Source: Bugula neritina
Lineage: Eukaryota; Animalia; Bryozoa
Assembly: GCA_964035545.1 (NCBI GenBank)
Contig: OZ037765.1
Location: forward strand, 9,310,698 to 9,374,697
DNA length: 64,000 bases
Direction: 5' to 3'
Part shown: one piece after another, positions 39,321-53,500 of the stretch
How the letters are laid out: every line of letters starts with the position of its first letter
How positions within the stretch are numbered: the stretch's first letter is position 1
Made by a program: the position numbers and the translations under genes
The notes under the pieces: generated by a model
Told to the model about the DNA's origin: nothing
The model's input: only the letters and a program-made list of their open reading frames with translations
Database searches by the model: none

Positions 39321-40369
39321 AAATTTGATGAAATAGAAATTCAATATATCGTAATCAATATGAGTATAAACCTAAAGTAAATATTAATGTAAACATTAGG
39401 ACTATTTAAGTATTTTGGTAATAACACTGTTGCTTGAGAATGAGTTAGTCGTACGGAAATCAGTTACTTAAAATAAGAGTAACTGAGTAAGTCACTTACT
39501 CTTACTGTGAGTGTTAGCCTTACTCGTAGAGTTGAGTTAGTAGCTTAGTCTCAGTCAAAATTTAACTCACTAATTATAACTTATAAATCTGAATGTAACT
39601 CTTAGTTTAATGCTGAGTAATCAGTATTGTAGTAAGTAATTCAAGTTAAAAATGTATTTATGGTTTACACTCTTACGTTGATCCTGTAACATGAACATCT
39701 ACAGTTGAAGTGACTTTGAAAATTAAGTATAACAGGCAGCAGTATGAGTAACAACAAGGGCGATACTAATTTTTAATAGTTATACTAATAGTGATAGTTA
39801 CAGAATTAGGCATAATAATCTTGAATGCTAAATTTAGTAATAGATACTTGTATTAAATATTCATAGTGATGGTAGCTGAAACTTGAGTGCCCATACTAAC
39901 CGACAACTAATTAATTTCAAGAAGAGAAAATTTAATGATAATTACAATTTGAAATGAATTATCTTCTAAATATTTGACTATGGCAGCTATTCAAATCTAA
40001 AACTAATAAATTTAATTAATATTACAATTATTGTTATTGCTGCTAAAAATGAATATGTAAGATTTAAATTAATTATAATGATTGTTAATATTGTTCAATA
40101 TTAGGAATATAACAATTGTAACTATTTTAAACTGTTGCACTTCATTTAATTTTAATTCTATGTTTAGCTAATAATAGAATTAATATAATCATATTATTAT
40201 ATACTTTATATTTATTATTTGGTAGTAATAGCACACTGGTGTCGATAAAATTACCATTGCTACTACTAGTACTACTTTTCTATACCAACTAAGTATAGGA
40301 CCATGTTTAACCACTAACTGTGATGGTGGATTAAAAATATTAATTTGATTTTGATAATTGCTAACTGTA

Positions 40370-40582
40370 GGGAGCAGCCGTGGTCTAGGGGTTAGAGCGT
40401 TTGCCTAGTGAACACGAGGTCATGGGTTCGAGCCCGGACAAAGGCCAATGGTGATGTTAGGAAGAGCATCCAGTCATAATTGCTCCTGTGCCTCATTTAA
40501 ATAAGTCCTTAGCCCCCTTTAACAAAAACCCTTTCCACCAGGGGTTTCTCACAGGGATAGTGACTATAAACTTGCGTGAGTT
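40370..40582 (+). mobile_element. Full-length tRNA-derived SINE with target-site duplication
   Basis: tRNA-like head with A box (TGGTCTAGGGG) and B box (GGTTCGAGCCC), then a unique body and T-run end. Flanked by TTTTGATAATTGCTAA(C/T)TGTA at 40349-40369 and 40583-40603. Confidence 0.92.
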
Positions 40583-41488
40583 TTTTGATAATTGCTAATT
40601 GTACTTGATAGCAATAGTAATAACAAAAATAGAAATTGTTCTGTTTATATTACTTTGGATTGTTTTCAATTGAGTTGTCAACATATATGCTATATGCAAC
40701 ACCTGCGCCAGGTGTTAAACTTCTCTTACTAAAATAAATATTGTATCATTATTGTGGTTAGTTGCTCTAATTTAAAATTTATTTCATCAACTTAGCATTA
40801 GTATCATAACTTTTATTGAAAATATAATACAACTAGCATCAACAGTCTTTAAAATAATAATTGTCATAATCATTTGTAATATACAATTATAACTAGTAGT
40901 AGACTTCCATAAATCGATGCAACCATGGGTAATGTCCTATAAATGTTATTTTGTTGCCCAGACATACACCCAGTGTCTGGGCAATTATGCATAAGGGATA
41001 GGCTGTTTTCCCCCATCTCCTCATCTCCAAATTTATCCACATTTCGCTATTTGAGAGAAGCATGTGAAAAAAAAATTTTTACGGTAGGAGCTTATCCGGG
41101 TTGTAACACCAACCATAATATACTTGTATTTTCTTATTTTAAAAAAGCGAATGTCAAATTATGGACTAACTAAAATTCTTCGTTAATTGAGTTTTATCTT
41201 TAACTTTTGTTTTTTATATATTTTAAGCTTTGTTTGTAGATTAAGCATTTATCAGTTTTGAAGTTTGCTCCTATTGCATATGATAAGTGTGATCACATTT
41301 CACCTTTTTATCAATTAATCTTCCAAAATTAATGCTTAATATAGATTACATTTATTGTCATAACATTGTCAATTTCATTTGCAACTTTAAAAAAAAATAC
41401 ATTATCAAATTTCTACTGTAGGTACTTGTTCTTTTAACAAAATTTTGTTTTAAATGACAATGTGACTTTTGTAAGTTTTTCAGCAAAG

Positions 41489-44400
41489 ATGTCGTGGGAT
41501 CAGATTGATGTTGAAGAAGTGTACATGACACTGAGAAAAAAGGAAAAACAAATACCACTTTACTATAATAGATCATTGCAGTTGAACAAAAGACCATTTA
41601 TATTAGAGTGGATGTGGAATGCTTGTGACGTTTTTGAGTTGCAAGGCACTACTCTTCATTTGGCAGTTTCTTTGCTGGATTACTTCATGGACTCGTATGC
41701 AGTGCATGCAAATCATCTGATGCTGCTCTGCATAGCGTGTATTAAGATTAGTGGTAAGCTGAAATCTTCATCATAAATAGTTGGTGTTACTACTTAACCC
41801 CATGTATTGGTCATCTTATCAATTCGGAATTTTAATTTTCAAAGTATTTTGTTTTTTTATTTTTAGTAATCACCAAATCAATCAACCATTAATTGCTAAA
41901 TACAAAAGTATAAAGCAACTTGTATGTTCAATGCTGGTATAGATCAATGTTTTTATTGTTTTAATCTTTGAAGCTAATTAAATAAACAAATACATTTAAA
42001 CAATTGCAGAGTAAAGATCACATTATGTTTTAATTTATACTTAATATCTTGTTTCTCCTGGTTTTTAAAGAAAAATATTGAAACGTTCCTATAAACTGAC
42101 ACTTCTATATTAAAATAGTTTCAATAGAACTCATGGTAAAGTGTTGAATATTTTAAAAACTTGATAAATTATTATTCTTTTAGCAAAGTATGAAGATATA
42201 GAAGTAAAAATACCAAATTTGAAGGAGTTGCTCGAGTTGACATCTCATACTTACACACCTGACTTGCTGATGCAGATGGAACTGTCAGTTCTTAAACTCT
42301 TCAAATGGAATATTGGCATGCCTAATATCATGCATTTTTGGTAAAGTGGAGTTATCCTTTTAATAGTTTGAGTAATCAAATTTTTAGCTACTTCCTGCTA
42401 ATGCAGATTATGCAATTTTTTGTATCAGACTCACTCACTTACTTTTTAAACATTTTAATAACAATTTATTCGCCAATTTTGATCATTTTTATACATCATA
42501 TCGAATTTCTCACAGGTTCTATTCATTTGTAGCCCATACTTTATGAGGGCGTTGTTTGACGGCACAGATCTGATTGATAGAACTGAGGCAACTCCGGAGA
42601 AACTTGACATGGTAAAGCAGTCTGCTGAGAGTATAAAGTTAAACCTTGAAAATCAAATATTGGAAGGTGTGTATGGTACTATATTGGTTCTGGTGTAAGC
42701 AGTTTCAAATTTTTGCAGAATTTTCTCTGAAATTCAATTTTCAAATACAATTTATTCTGTGCTCTAAAAAATTATCAGATTTGTTATTTCAGAATGACTG
42801 CTGTATAGCATGTTGCATCATACCTTGTGAATTACATGTTTTGGCTTCATTTTGATTTTAATTGAAATGTGCTTTTTTTAAATGTTTTAAATTTGTCTAA
42901 AATTTTACCACTTTTTGCACAATTGATGAAAGCTGTAAAGGTTTTGCAATTTTTTGAAAATTTTACATTTTATTAGAGTACAAAAATACACAGTAAAATT
43001 ACATACAATTTCACTTTGTTAGGTTTTCAATTTATTTACAAGGAAAACAATATCTCGTCGGAAAATAATTCAGGTGTCATAAGTTCAAGTTTACCTTTTC
43101 AACTTTTTTTCAGATAAAAATCTGGGCGCACTTTTTGCTTTTTTGAGGTTTTGTTGCAAACTTCGCCTGTATTTGTCATGGGGTTGAAAAATAAAAAATT
43201 GATATATCTAGAATGCATAACGAAGGATGTTTCAGCAACAAAAGTAATATACATTTACTTTAACAGTTATTCTTCATTAAGTAATCATGATATTTTCTTA
43301 AAACTAAAATTGTGAATAAGTTCAGCTTAGGTTATTACTAATTTTATAAAAAAAAATATTTTTAAAGTTTAATTTTTGAATGAAAATAGCAAAACTAAGC
43401 ATTTACTTTTTATTTGAATTAATTACACCTGAGCTTTGTAAAAAGACACCGAATCATTTCTAAGTGCGCTGTAAACTCAGTTAAATGCCTTTTAATTTAA
43501 GGAAGATAACTTTGCAAACAGAATAAATAGTTTTCCTGTCACTTAAGTGATTTCCAAGCTTTACTCACAATTTCTGTATAATGGTGACTTTGAATTGTAA
43601 TGCTAAAATGTGTCATAGTCTCAAAAGATGACCATAAATCTATTGCAATTGCTGTTTGGTGCATGTTAATTCTGTTTTCTAATCTGATTTTTATTATATG
43701 ACTTTATTTATTGAAAACTTGTTATTAGTCATTTTTAAATATCATTTTGAAAGTAAGGTTAATTTTATCATTGTTTTGTACATTTCCAAAGATGTACATA
43801 TGTTGCTTTCCTTTATCCCTACTAGTTATCTTTTCTCTAGGAGTATTGAGAGCTATTATAGGATGTTGTAAGGTACAAGAATATTACTGTGTGCCAGTTT
43901 GCTATGAAAAGTGCTATGTATGTTATGGTGGTTAGTTGCTTCACACAAGCTATAACACTGGCCACAACACTAAAACTTAACTCGCTTTTGCATTTTAATT
44001 TTCATGCTTACAATTTATAGCAGGGAGTGTCTATCTTTGAAAGGGTTATTAAATAGATAGTTCTGCAAAGAACAGTAACTGCATCAAACTGTTAGCCGGA
44101 GAATTTACGGAGTTGAAAGAAGAATTTGTTTCCATGCCTGCACCTGCTAGATGTACATATGTACAAGCAGAGGTTTCGTGTTGCAACAAAAACTTGCTAC
44201 TAATGTTTCTATTTTGTTGAGAACATTTGCTATAAACTAACGAGAAATTTGTAAATGGAATAGAGATTTGTGATTAAAAGTTTTTTGTAGAACAGACTGA
44301 CGCATTATCACATCCAAAAATCATTTGATGAAATTGCAATGCAATGTAATGTGAATTGTGTAGTTTAAAGCATCGTAGATCAAAATAATAAATATAGCAA

Positions 44401-47400
44401 TCCAGTGTTGTGTTGAGGTACAACTTAATACTTGGCAAATCTATTTTACAAATAACCTGTTGATGAATGTCTGGGGAGGGGCACTTCAATATAGTTTTAA
44501 GTCATCAAGCTTTTAGCGAAATCGTTCAATTTTTATGCAAATCTTTTGAACATTCTACTGCAAAAACTTTCAGTAACTGCAAGTTATTGAACTTTCAAGT
44601 TTATTTTGCTCTTATATCAAAAAGGAATAACTGGCATTAATAGCTCACATGTTCATTCACATAATTTGAAGTAACTGACTTATGCACAGGGTTTTCTGCT
44701 TTATTCCATGTGTAACTGATCTCTTATATACTCAGCTGCTGTTCCCACGCATGCTTCGCTCAGCTGTAATATAATAGTTTATTGATTAATTTTATTGGAA
44801 AGTTGATTAATTTTACTACAATTTCAGGACAACTGTAGTAATTTTGGCATTCTCAAGTTGTAGCAACTGTAGCACAGGCTTAATTATCATAATAGTGTTT
44901 TATCATGCATAGTATGATTATTAATAAAATATAATCTTGCCTGCATGTCAGGTCAAAAGTGAACACCCTGCGAAGTTGCACTACAAAATAGCCATAATCT
45001 AACTAGCTCAGGTTCATGTTTTATTCTGAAAGGTTAATCAGTCATAGTGACATATTATAGAGTAGCAAGTGACTTGTAGATGTTGCTATTGTCACTCTAG
45101 TGTGCCCCAGACTTCATTCATCTAAAATCTAAATAAACATCTGAGATTTGATCCATTCAAATAGTGAACATTTTCTCACTTCTACCCCTCAATATCTTTT
45201 CTCTAATTTGTGTTCAATTCTTTGCGTGTGATGATGAGATATTACATCTACATCAGTGTTTTTGCATGTGCTAAGCAGCATAGCTGTGTGCAAATACTTT
45301 ACATCTTGTGGTTCCTTTTTTGTATTTACTTTTTATGTCTGAATATAAATGATACCCCCCCCCCCCCAACATATGCATATTACAAATTAAAGTTCTAGGC
45401 TTAATAGCTCAAATATTTGCTAACACACAGTAAATACACATGCATATTGTTTTGCTTTGCCTCAATTACTTCAAGTTCAATGCTTTTATAAATCAGGCCA
45501 AATATAGATTTATAAATGTAAATTCAATAGAAAATTATTGTGTAAGCAAAGAAATTCACTTTTAAGTTTTCACTTCTCTGTTGCTCTCCCTTCACCACAG
45601 ATCAAATTTTAACTGTTTGCTTTCACACCTTTTACTATAGTGCAAAATAAATTTAATAAGTTAAAAAGCAGTTTTAAAAAGCTGCTGATTGTTGCCAGAC
45701 TCTTTTGTCAACTGGTTGGTCCTTGTTCATCTAGTTTTATTTGTTGAGTAAATTTAAATGCAATTTTTTAGAAGCTGTTGAATAATATTTTAGCTGAAGT
45801 TCTTATTAAAGAATTATTGACGCAATGCATTTATGCAATATTAAACTATTCACATATATCTTGGCTATCAGCTAAATACAACTTGGGGTAGCGTGCCCAA
45901 GTATATTGGTTTTATAACAAATTTTGTGCATAAATGGCTTGAATTAATAGGGAATAGGGCTAGGGCCACACTGCGTGCAGAAAATCCGTCAGAAATCTTG
46001 CCCAAAAATGGGCTGTTGTGTGCGGATAACATGCTGAGAAGAGTGTGCAGAAGGCTCATGTGGGCTTGCTCTGGTTTCCATTAACGAGCACACTTTTCAA
46101 ATTTCGATTCATGTTTTTAATTTTAGCGAACTGAATTAAAACATAGAATTAAAAACAAATGCCTGTAGCCGAGCAGTAAAGTTTAATGCCAATATCATTA
46201 GCTAACAAATTTCCCCTCACCCACAGCCAACGCACTGTGTGTGGCATGTCGTTCCCACAATGGATTTTCAAGCATTTGGACCCGCATGCAAAAAATCGTG
46301 TGGCCCTAGCCTAATGGCTCACTTGCATATGACTTGCTATTAGGCTGGGCTCGGTGTCTCAGGCACTATAGAACTTTTGATATTGGCATCAGCAAATGAG
46401 CTATGGTCAATTAGTACAAATTCAAGACTTGTATGCACAAAATGTATTATAAAACCAATATACTGGGGCGTATTACTTTTGAAGTTGTATTTAGCTGATA
46501 GTTGAGATATATTTGAATAATTTGATACTGCATTAGCATAAAGTGTCAAAGATACTTTAAAAGATGCTTTAAATCCGTCATCTTTTAAGGCACTGCTGCC
46601 ATGTTTTTCGGACAACAACTAAGGTTACTCTTAAGACTATCTTTAAAGTGTGCAGATCTTTTTCAAAATATTAAGCATTAACCAACCAACTCCTTCTCTA
46701 TTTAATTTTGCTGCAATTGTAAATAATACATGTGAATGCTAAGTTTGCTAAATTTTAAATAATTAGTGCTCTATGTTTATAAATCTTTATTGTCAAAAAT
46801 TGAGACTTCTGCTATACTTTCATTAACTAACTAGTAATTTAATTTATGTATGTTTTTGTCAGATATTCAGTACAAAAAGCACTATCCTTCAATGGTGTGT
46901 TCAGCAATGATGGCTGCCTTGAGAGTTTTGACTAAAGTTGAACCTCTTTGGCCTGACAGGCTGCAAACCACAACACAGTATGCATATGGTGACCTGCAGG
47001 AGCTGGTGAGAGCTATGGTCTGGTGAGTTAGTCTTTGCTTATATCTACTTGTTAATTCTGAATGTGTGTGTGCTTGTGTTTTCTTTGAGGCTCCAACTTC
47101 AAAACAAAATTTATTCCTTTTACTAGAAATCGGAATGCAGTACGTGGAAGCTTATCGGTAAAACAGATATTTTAGCAGGCATTTCTTTATAAAAAAAACC
47201 GTGGTCATTGTTACCAATTATTATGTAAGCATATTATGCACATCAGTGTTTGTATATTAAATAAACACGGTATGTACATTTTAGATTTATGGTGTATCTA
47301 TTATGTTTTATAGAAGCCATTCAAATGTTTGCAATAAAACTGCTTCTTTGCTAATATTGAAGTCAATTTACAATTTCATTTTAGCAACTATCAGAAGATT

Positions 47401-47658
47401 TATGCATCTGATGACTGTATTATTGGGGATGAGGCTTCAGACTTTGATCTTTATATGCTGACCTCTCCAGCTTCCAGCATTGGCTCAGCAAATCACAACA
47501 ATGCAAAACTACAGCCAGGCAGTGTTAATCAATCGGCAGCACTAAATGTTCCTCACGTTGGTGAGTCAGAGCAACAAGTTGCCTGTGATAAGTTGTCACC
47601 AAAGTTTTCCCATAGCGGCACAAAGAGATTCAAGACTGAAAGTGCAAATTGGAATTGA
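41489..47658 (+). CDS. CCNJ: Cyclin J
   Basis: Phase-consistent exons 41489-41753, 42184-42340, 42533-42666, 46863-47022 and 47385-47658. Motifs LRKKEKQIPLY..SLQL, HLAVSLLDYFMD, AKYEDIEVKIP, MELSVLKLFKWNIGMP, YPSMVCSA..PLWPDRL match the cyclin J cyclin box. AATAAA at 48165-48170. Confidence 0.9.
45810..46556. mobile_element. Non-autonomous DNA transposon with ~140-bp imperfect TIRs and TTAA flanks (Kolobok-like)
   Basis: TTAA|AG...CTATCAGCTAAATACAACTT...AGTATATTGGTTTTATAA...TTTTGTGCATA mirrored at 46415-46556, ending CT|TTAA. Confidence 0.75.
45958..46311. mobile_element. Nested MITE with 14-bp TIRs (PIF/Harbinger-like)
   Basis: TIRs GGCTAGGGCCACAC ... GTGTGGCCCTAGCC with 3-bp flanks TAG/TAA; inserted inside the TTAA element. 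Confidence 0.75.
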
Positions 47659-48725
47659 ACTCTACAATCAGAGCGTGCATTAGGGTGGTGGGGATAAGTA
47701 GGTTAGCTTGTCTATCAGCTTCAACAACAGAACTTTAAATATGCTTTATTCAATTTTTGTGCTTGTTTTTATAAGTTAGTTACCTATTTTTGATACAAAT
47801 ACTTCTTGATTGCAACAATTAGAAGAGCTTGGACAATTTTTATATTAAAATATTTTTGGTATAGTTTTAAATACATGCTCAAGTTTCCGTTACTTTCTAT
47901 CTAGTCAGTTTTCTTAAGTGTGTGTGTAATTTGTGCTAAGATGTAGTAATACTAAAACAGATTCATATCTTCATTTTAGCGCAACAGTTTTATCCAAGCT
48001 TACTTGGTTTTTGTGCAAGTGTGAAGTTATACCTGTTAGCAAGTCCATGTTTTTTCCAGTTCGTTTTTTAACTTTTTCTCATGTCAGTATTTTATTTTTG
48101 TACAAGCGAGTAGATATAGCTGTATGCATGTGTTCTTGTGGGGCCATTGTCTGTTTCTTTGGGCAATAAACTTTAATTACACTGCAAGCAGAGTGAAGTT
48201 AATATTATTGTGTTAATGCAGTGGTTCCCAACCTGGGGGGAATTCCCCCCTAGGAGGAATTTAGACATTTTAGGGGGGTAATTTGGAATTTGAAAAATTC
48301 ACAAAGTTTGATGAAGGCTTTTTGAGCTCTCGCAAGTTACATTTATATGTATATCTATAAACCTTCATCTTAGATCATCTATTTAACAAAACTATATAAT
48401 GCAATTTCAGTTTACTTCTACATGAATGTGTTTATTAATTACTCTATCTTAACTGCCTTCTGTGCTACTTTGAATGGAGGTGAAACTTTTAGCAGCCATG
48501 CAAGTCAATCTCTATGAACGGTATACTACATACCTAGTAAATATATTTGCTACACTAGATATTCTGAACCTAAAAATGCAGGAGTGCAGTCATCATTTCA
48601 TTGCTTTTCATAGCAGCATCAATGTTTTTAAAGTTACACTAAAGTGGTGGCTTCTCTATCAAAAACATTATGTCTTTCCCCACACTCAGTGAACTTTTAT
48701 AGGAGAAAAACCTGTTTCAATTTTA

Positions 48726-48922
48726 GGTAAATATGACAGGTAAAAAATGCACACTAGTGTTAAAATGTTTCCAAAACCCAAACCTCCAAACTCCCATCCT
48801 GAACCCAGATGCGTCCTAACCTCCAACCCATGCAAATCTTTAACCCTGATATTGAAAATGTGCCACGTTTATCTAATTTTCCATTTGTCCTATTATTACC
48901 TGTACCATTTTTACCAGACACC
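48726..48922 (-). mobile_element. Small inverted-repeat element nested in the hAT (copy 1)
   Basis: Reverse-complement similarity to 49172-49444 (ATATTGAAAATGTGCC; TTATTACCTGT.CCATTT.TACC.GACACC) with a C-rich AACCC-type core. Confidence 0.65.
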
Positions 48923-49171
48923 ACCTGTTCCAGATCCTTTTTCAAAAAAACTTCTGGGCACCTCTCAGAACTCTTAATGGAGTTTTAATGGTATTTCTCT
49001 TAGCTACCTCTCAAAAGGAAAGAGCTTTAAATTCTTAACTTGACATGTGAAGCCATTGCAACGCTTTGTTAAAAAGATTTCAGAGGAAATACAGGAGGAT
49101 TTCGTTGAGTTGGTTCACAATTTAGCAAAGAAGGGTGATTTGAAATCTGTTCCAATTGATGTGTTGTGGGT

Positions 49172-49444
49172 GGTGTCCGGTAGAAATGGCACAGATAATA
49201 ATGGCGCTAATGGAAAAGCAGGTAAAACTGGCACATTTTCAATATTGGGGTAGAGGTTTGGAGTTTGGAGATGGGGTTTGAGGTGAGGATTTTGAATTTG
49301 TATTTCGAGTTCTGAAGTCTGGGGGTTTGAGTTTAGAGGTGGGGGTTTGGGGTTCAAGGGTTGGGGGGTTGGGAAAATTTAACATCAGTGTGCCATTTCT
49401 ACTTACTTTTTCATTTGTGCCATTATTACCTGTGCCATTTTTAC
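49172..49444 (+). mobile_element. Small inverted-repeat element nested in the hAT (copy 2)
   Basis: Ends GTAGAAATGGCACAGATAATAATGGC ... GCCATTATTACCTGTGCCATTTTTAC enclose a GGGTTT-rich core. Confidence 0.7.
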
Positions 49445-50588
49445 ATTTTCAACAAGCAACCCACATATAGCTGACAAAGCAGAATGTTGGTGCCATCCAA
49501 CACCACCTATCCATGTGAGGTATAAAATAAAGATGATATAGCTAATATAATGTAACATATAATGTACATATTTGCATCATATCATATATTATCATTATAT
49601 CAGCCATAATTCTTTTCGCTTTTCGAAAGGGAGGAAATTAGTAGTAAACATTTATGAAAGGGGGGAATAGTATGAGAAAGGTTGGGAACCACTGTGTTAA
49701 TGTAAACTTGCTCAACACACTTTACATAGTACATCTTCACTTTGTTCACCTTGCTATTTAATGAGTAGTCAAAAATTATTTTGTTTAATAATAGATTCAC
49801 TGTTCTAATGTGTTTAGTCAATTTAGCTTTCATATTGTGCTAAGTCCCATGGTGGAAAAGGAATTAAATCATTGTATATTCCATATTTTCAATTTAAAAA
49901 TATTTAATACATACCTAATAGATATTTGAATTTATGGAATGTAAATCGAACATGTATAAATTATATATTTTTTAAGTATTAATATTTCTATATGCTAATG
50001 AAAATAAAAAGAGTGAAATATTTGAACTTTTATAGCAATGTTAGCTTAGTAGTAACGCTGGTGCCAAGTTTTATTTATTAGTACACATAAGCTAAGCTGC
50101 TAAATATTAGAAATGATTTTAGAAATTAAAATGTTGTTCTTTACAAAAATATTAAGATTTTTATATAGGACGAAGGAATACGTTAGTTTATTTATTGTAA
50201 ATAGTGCATAATGGTAATCTCAATATATTAAATATTACAAACAAGTTTGTAGCAGTGTCTCAGCTCACAAATGCAGAAAGAAGCAAAGATAGGAAAAAGG
50301 GTAATCAGAAGTTAAGGCTTTTGGGAATTCATTTTAAAATTGAATATATGCTTAAGTATATAGGTAACTGTAATTAGTTTTCCAAACACCAATAATAATC
50401 ATCTGCAGAACTCCAATAATTCCCCATGGCCATATTCATGCAGTTTTACATGGAATAGCTAGACGTAAGGAGCTGCTAGGTCAGTTGTAGTTGCTCCACA
50501 ACCAGTTTAAAGTAGTATAACTAAGAGAGATAGCTCAACTGGCTAACCATAAACTAAGTATTGTTTGTTAAAGGTTTAGATGTTAATG

Positions 50589-53500
50589 TTATTTGGGTTT
50601 GGGTGGAGGGGCTGCAGCCTGCGTTTTGTTGGCATCTTGACTTTCTAATATTCCTTTCATCATCGTTGAGAACTGTTTGTAGTTTATTTTTCCTTCAGAA
50701 TCAGCATCTGCTGCTTTCATCATTTTTTTAACTTGAGAATTAGTAACTTTTTCACCAATGCTGTCAAACAGCCATCTTATTTCAGTTTCAGTGATGAACC
50801 CATCTTTATTGAAGACTTTAAATGCCATCTTTACTTCTTTTTCATATCCTACAATATGCATGACAATTCATATTATAGTTTGTCTACTGACCCAAGTATG
50901 ATAATCAAAGGTTGCAAATAATGCATTTTGAATAATATTACCTAAATGTTAGTATGGGAAGTCTAATAAAAGTATTCTGTACAAACCAATACATAAAATC
51001 AAATCTAACTGATCTTAAAAACCTATGAATTTCTAATTTCAACTTATTTTTGGCATTTCTTTTTGTATAGATACAGTAGGGTGGTACCTTTTGATCTTTT
51101 GGCCATCATAGTTATGAATTCATCAATATCAATAGTGCCACTTCCATCTGTATCCACATCATGTAGCATGACCTCTAGCTCTTCAGGGGTGGGATCTTGA
51201 CCTAAAGCTCTCATTACCTATGAAACATTTTGTAGTGATCAAATTAAAGCATTTATAAACTAATCTAACTTGATACACATTCATAATCTCAATAAAGTTG
51301 ACTTAATTAGTTATTTTTTAATGTTACTTGTTGATTTACTACTTTATTTTAACCTGGAATTCTAATTAAAAAAATCTTTCTGTTTTCAAGATTTTGTTTC
51401 ACATTCCAGAAATACAGCTTTTAAATTTCCGTAGCTCTACATTTAGGCAAGACTTTGCTGCCTACACTTTTGTTAGATGTACCTCTACAATCTGAAAACG
51501 GGGTAGTGCTCTTCTTGAAATATATACATAAACTCTAGTAAATAATTAGCAGGGAGATAAACCATAATATGCAAGACGTTGGCTGTTATTGTAATAGCCA
51601 AGTTACTTTTGAACTTGTAATTTTGCTATGTAACACATAAAGCTATTTGTGTGCCCATTCATTGTTTTATATATATGTTATATGCAACATTATCTTCTTA
51701 CAATTTTAGGAGTTTGTTGATTATTATTAGCTACATAAGGCCACGTCAAACTTTAGTGCAGTACCTGTGCTGTGTTGCACCTACAAGTAATACGTTCACT
51801 AATGAGTTAATCTTTTTTTAATAAAATAATAAGTAATTGTCTTCTATTATATTATAGAGCTATTGATTAAATTGAATTCAATAATTAATCTTATAATGGC
51901 TGAATGTAGATGTATAAATGACTTTTCACAGTGCATTGAACAGCTAACGAACTCCAAAATATATTGGGGACTAGTTTTTATAATTTAGAATGAAATCACA
52001 CCACTGTGAATAGGCAAACTATAACACTATGGTCTGACCATACAATCAAGTAGCTATATTCTATTGTTTAGAAATGTTAACATCTTTCCTTAATTTTAAT
52101 GAGTGCTGCTACTACATTCTACAAAGTAGCCGCGTTGCAAGACATTGTAATACATTCTGCACTTACTATTCTAATCAGATTTATTATATTTCAGCATGAT
52201 AGATGATAGATGTAACACTACTGGGTTTACTGTCAGGGAATGATTACAACAGTATCTAAATGCCAACCTTCTGCATTAATCTGAATTAATTGGTGGCTGT
52301 TGATACTTATAGTTGTGCTGACTTTAATTATAATACTATTTATATATAAGTAGCAATAACATCCAGGCTTTCAGCTGCATATTATAAGAATTATGATACT
52401 GAACAGCTCCCCTTCAATTTACATGGCTTTTTAATAATGGCCTAAACATTTAGTTTTGATCATCCTTTAGTCAAGTATGCTGGGCTAAGTTGCAATACAT
52501 TGAAAAGCAATAATGTTTACAATAATAAAACTTGTCGGAAGTTGTCCATTTTTTCAGGGTGGATTGTTGTTTGTACAATTTTACAGACAAACATAACTTA
52601 TTTGCCGCAAAGACATGGTCATTAGTTATTTGCTTTAGATTATACACCAGTAAGATTTTGCTATAAATAATTTTAATTTCAGGGTTTTTGTTCAAGCAAA
52701 TCAATTTAATACATTTGTGTTGAAATCATTCAAGTGTATATGCCAAGTAAGTTAATTTTTTGCAACGTTATTATTTTCTATAAAATTAATACTGGGCAGT
52801 GCTAAAAATGATTATTGCTTTGTAAAAAAAATCGAATTTACAAAATTGAAATTATGTTATAATATGCTCATAGCTTAAAGCATATTATGGTCTAATGTAA
52901 CTCCAGCATCTAAATTGTTATTGTATTTAGCACTTGTTTGTGTAATTTAATTGTACCAGTTGTACTATTACATAGTACATACATGCAATAATGACACCAA
53001 AAATGTCTGAAACTATTATTATCAAAACTACATAATGCTATATGTTATATCTTTTCCTTATGCCGTGTAGTTATTTTCTTTGGGATATGAAATACATAAA
53101 TGTACTTGCTTTAGTTAACAGGCTAGTGCTAATTGTTGGTTGGGCATTCAACTCTGTTTGACAAATCAATGAAATCAATAATCATGTATTGATTAAAATT
53201 CTTTTAGTTTTTATTTGATTAAATTTAACTGCAGCATAAAGTGTAGCATGTCGAATGAAAACCCCAATTTTTAGGTTGTGCTGAAAACGAAATATGTAAA
53301 CAAGCTACTAATGCTATTCCATGAGCACTTGCCAGCTATATCCTGAATGTAATATGTCTTTAAAAATCTGATATTTTCACAAAGTTAGAGTTGGAACAGT
53401 GTGAGAATATTATAGTACAGCAAATGCATGTTTACACATGTAATGAAATATAAAAAGATCAGATAATGATTATATACATTACAGTAATTCTATGCTGTTT

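Larger units (their letters stand above)
48219..49694 (+). mobile_element. hAT (Charlie/Buster-like) DNA transposon, internally deleted, with transposase remnants
   Basis: Perfect TIRs CAGTGGTTCCCAACCT / AGGTTGGGAACCACTG, exact 8-bp TSD TGTTAATG (48211-48218, 49695-49702), and remnant peptides YLVNIFATLDILNLKMQ and EEIQEDFVEL...IDVLW resembling hAT transposase C-termini. Confidence 0.93.

Noticed and set aside
40370-40445. Possible tRNA gene
   Set aside because: It continues into a SINE body shared with two other copies and is bounded by a TSD.
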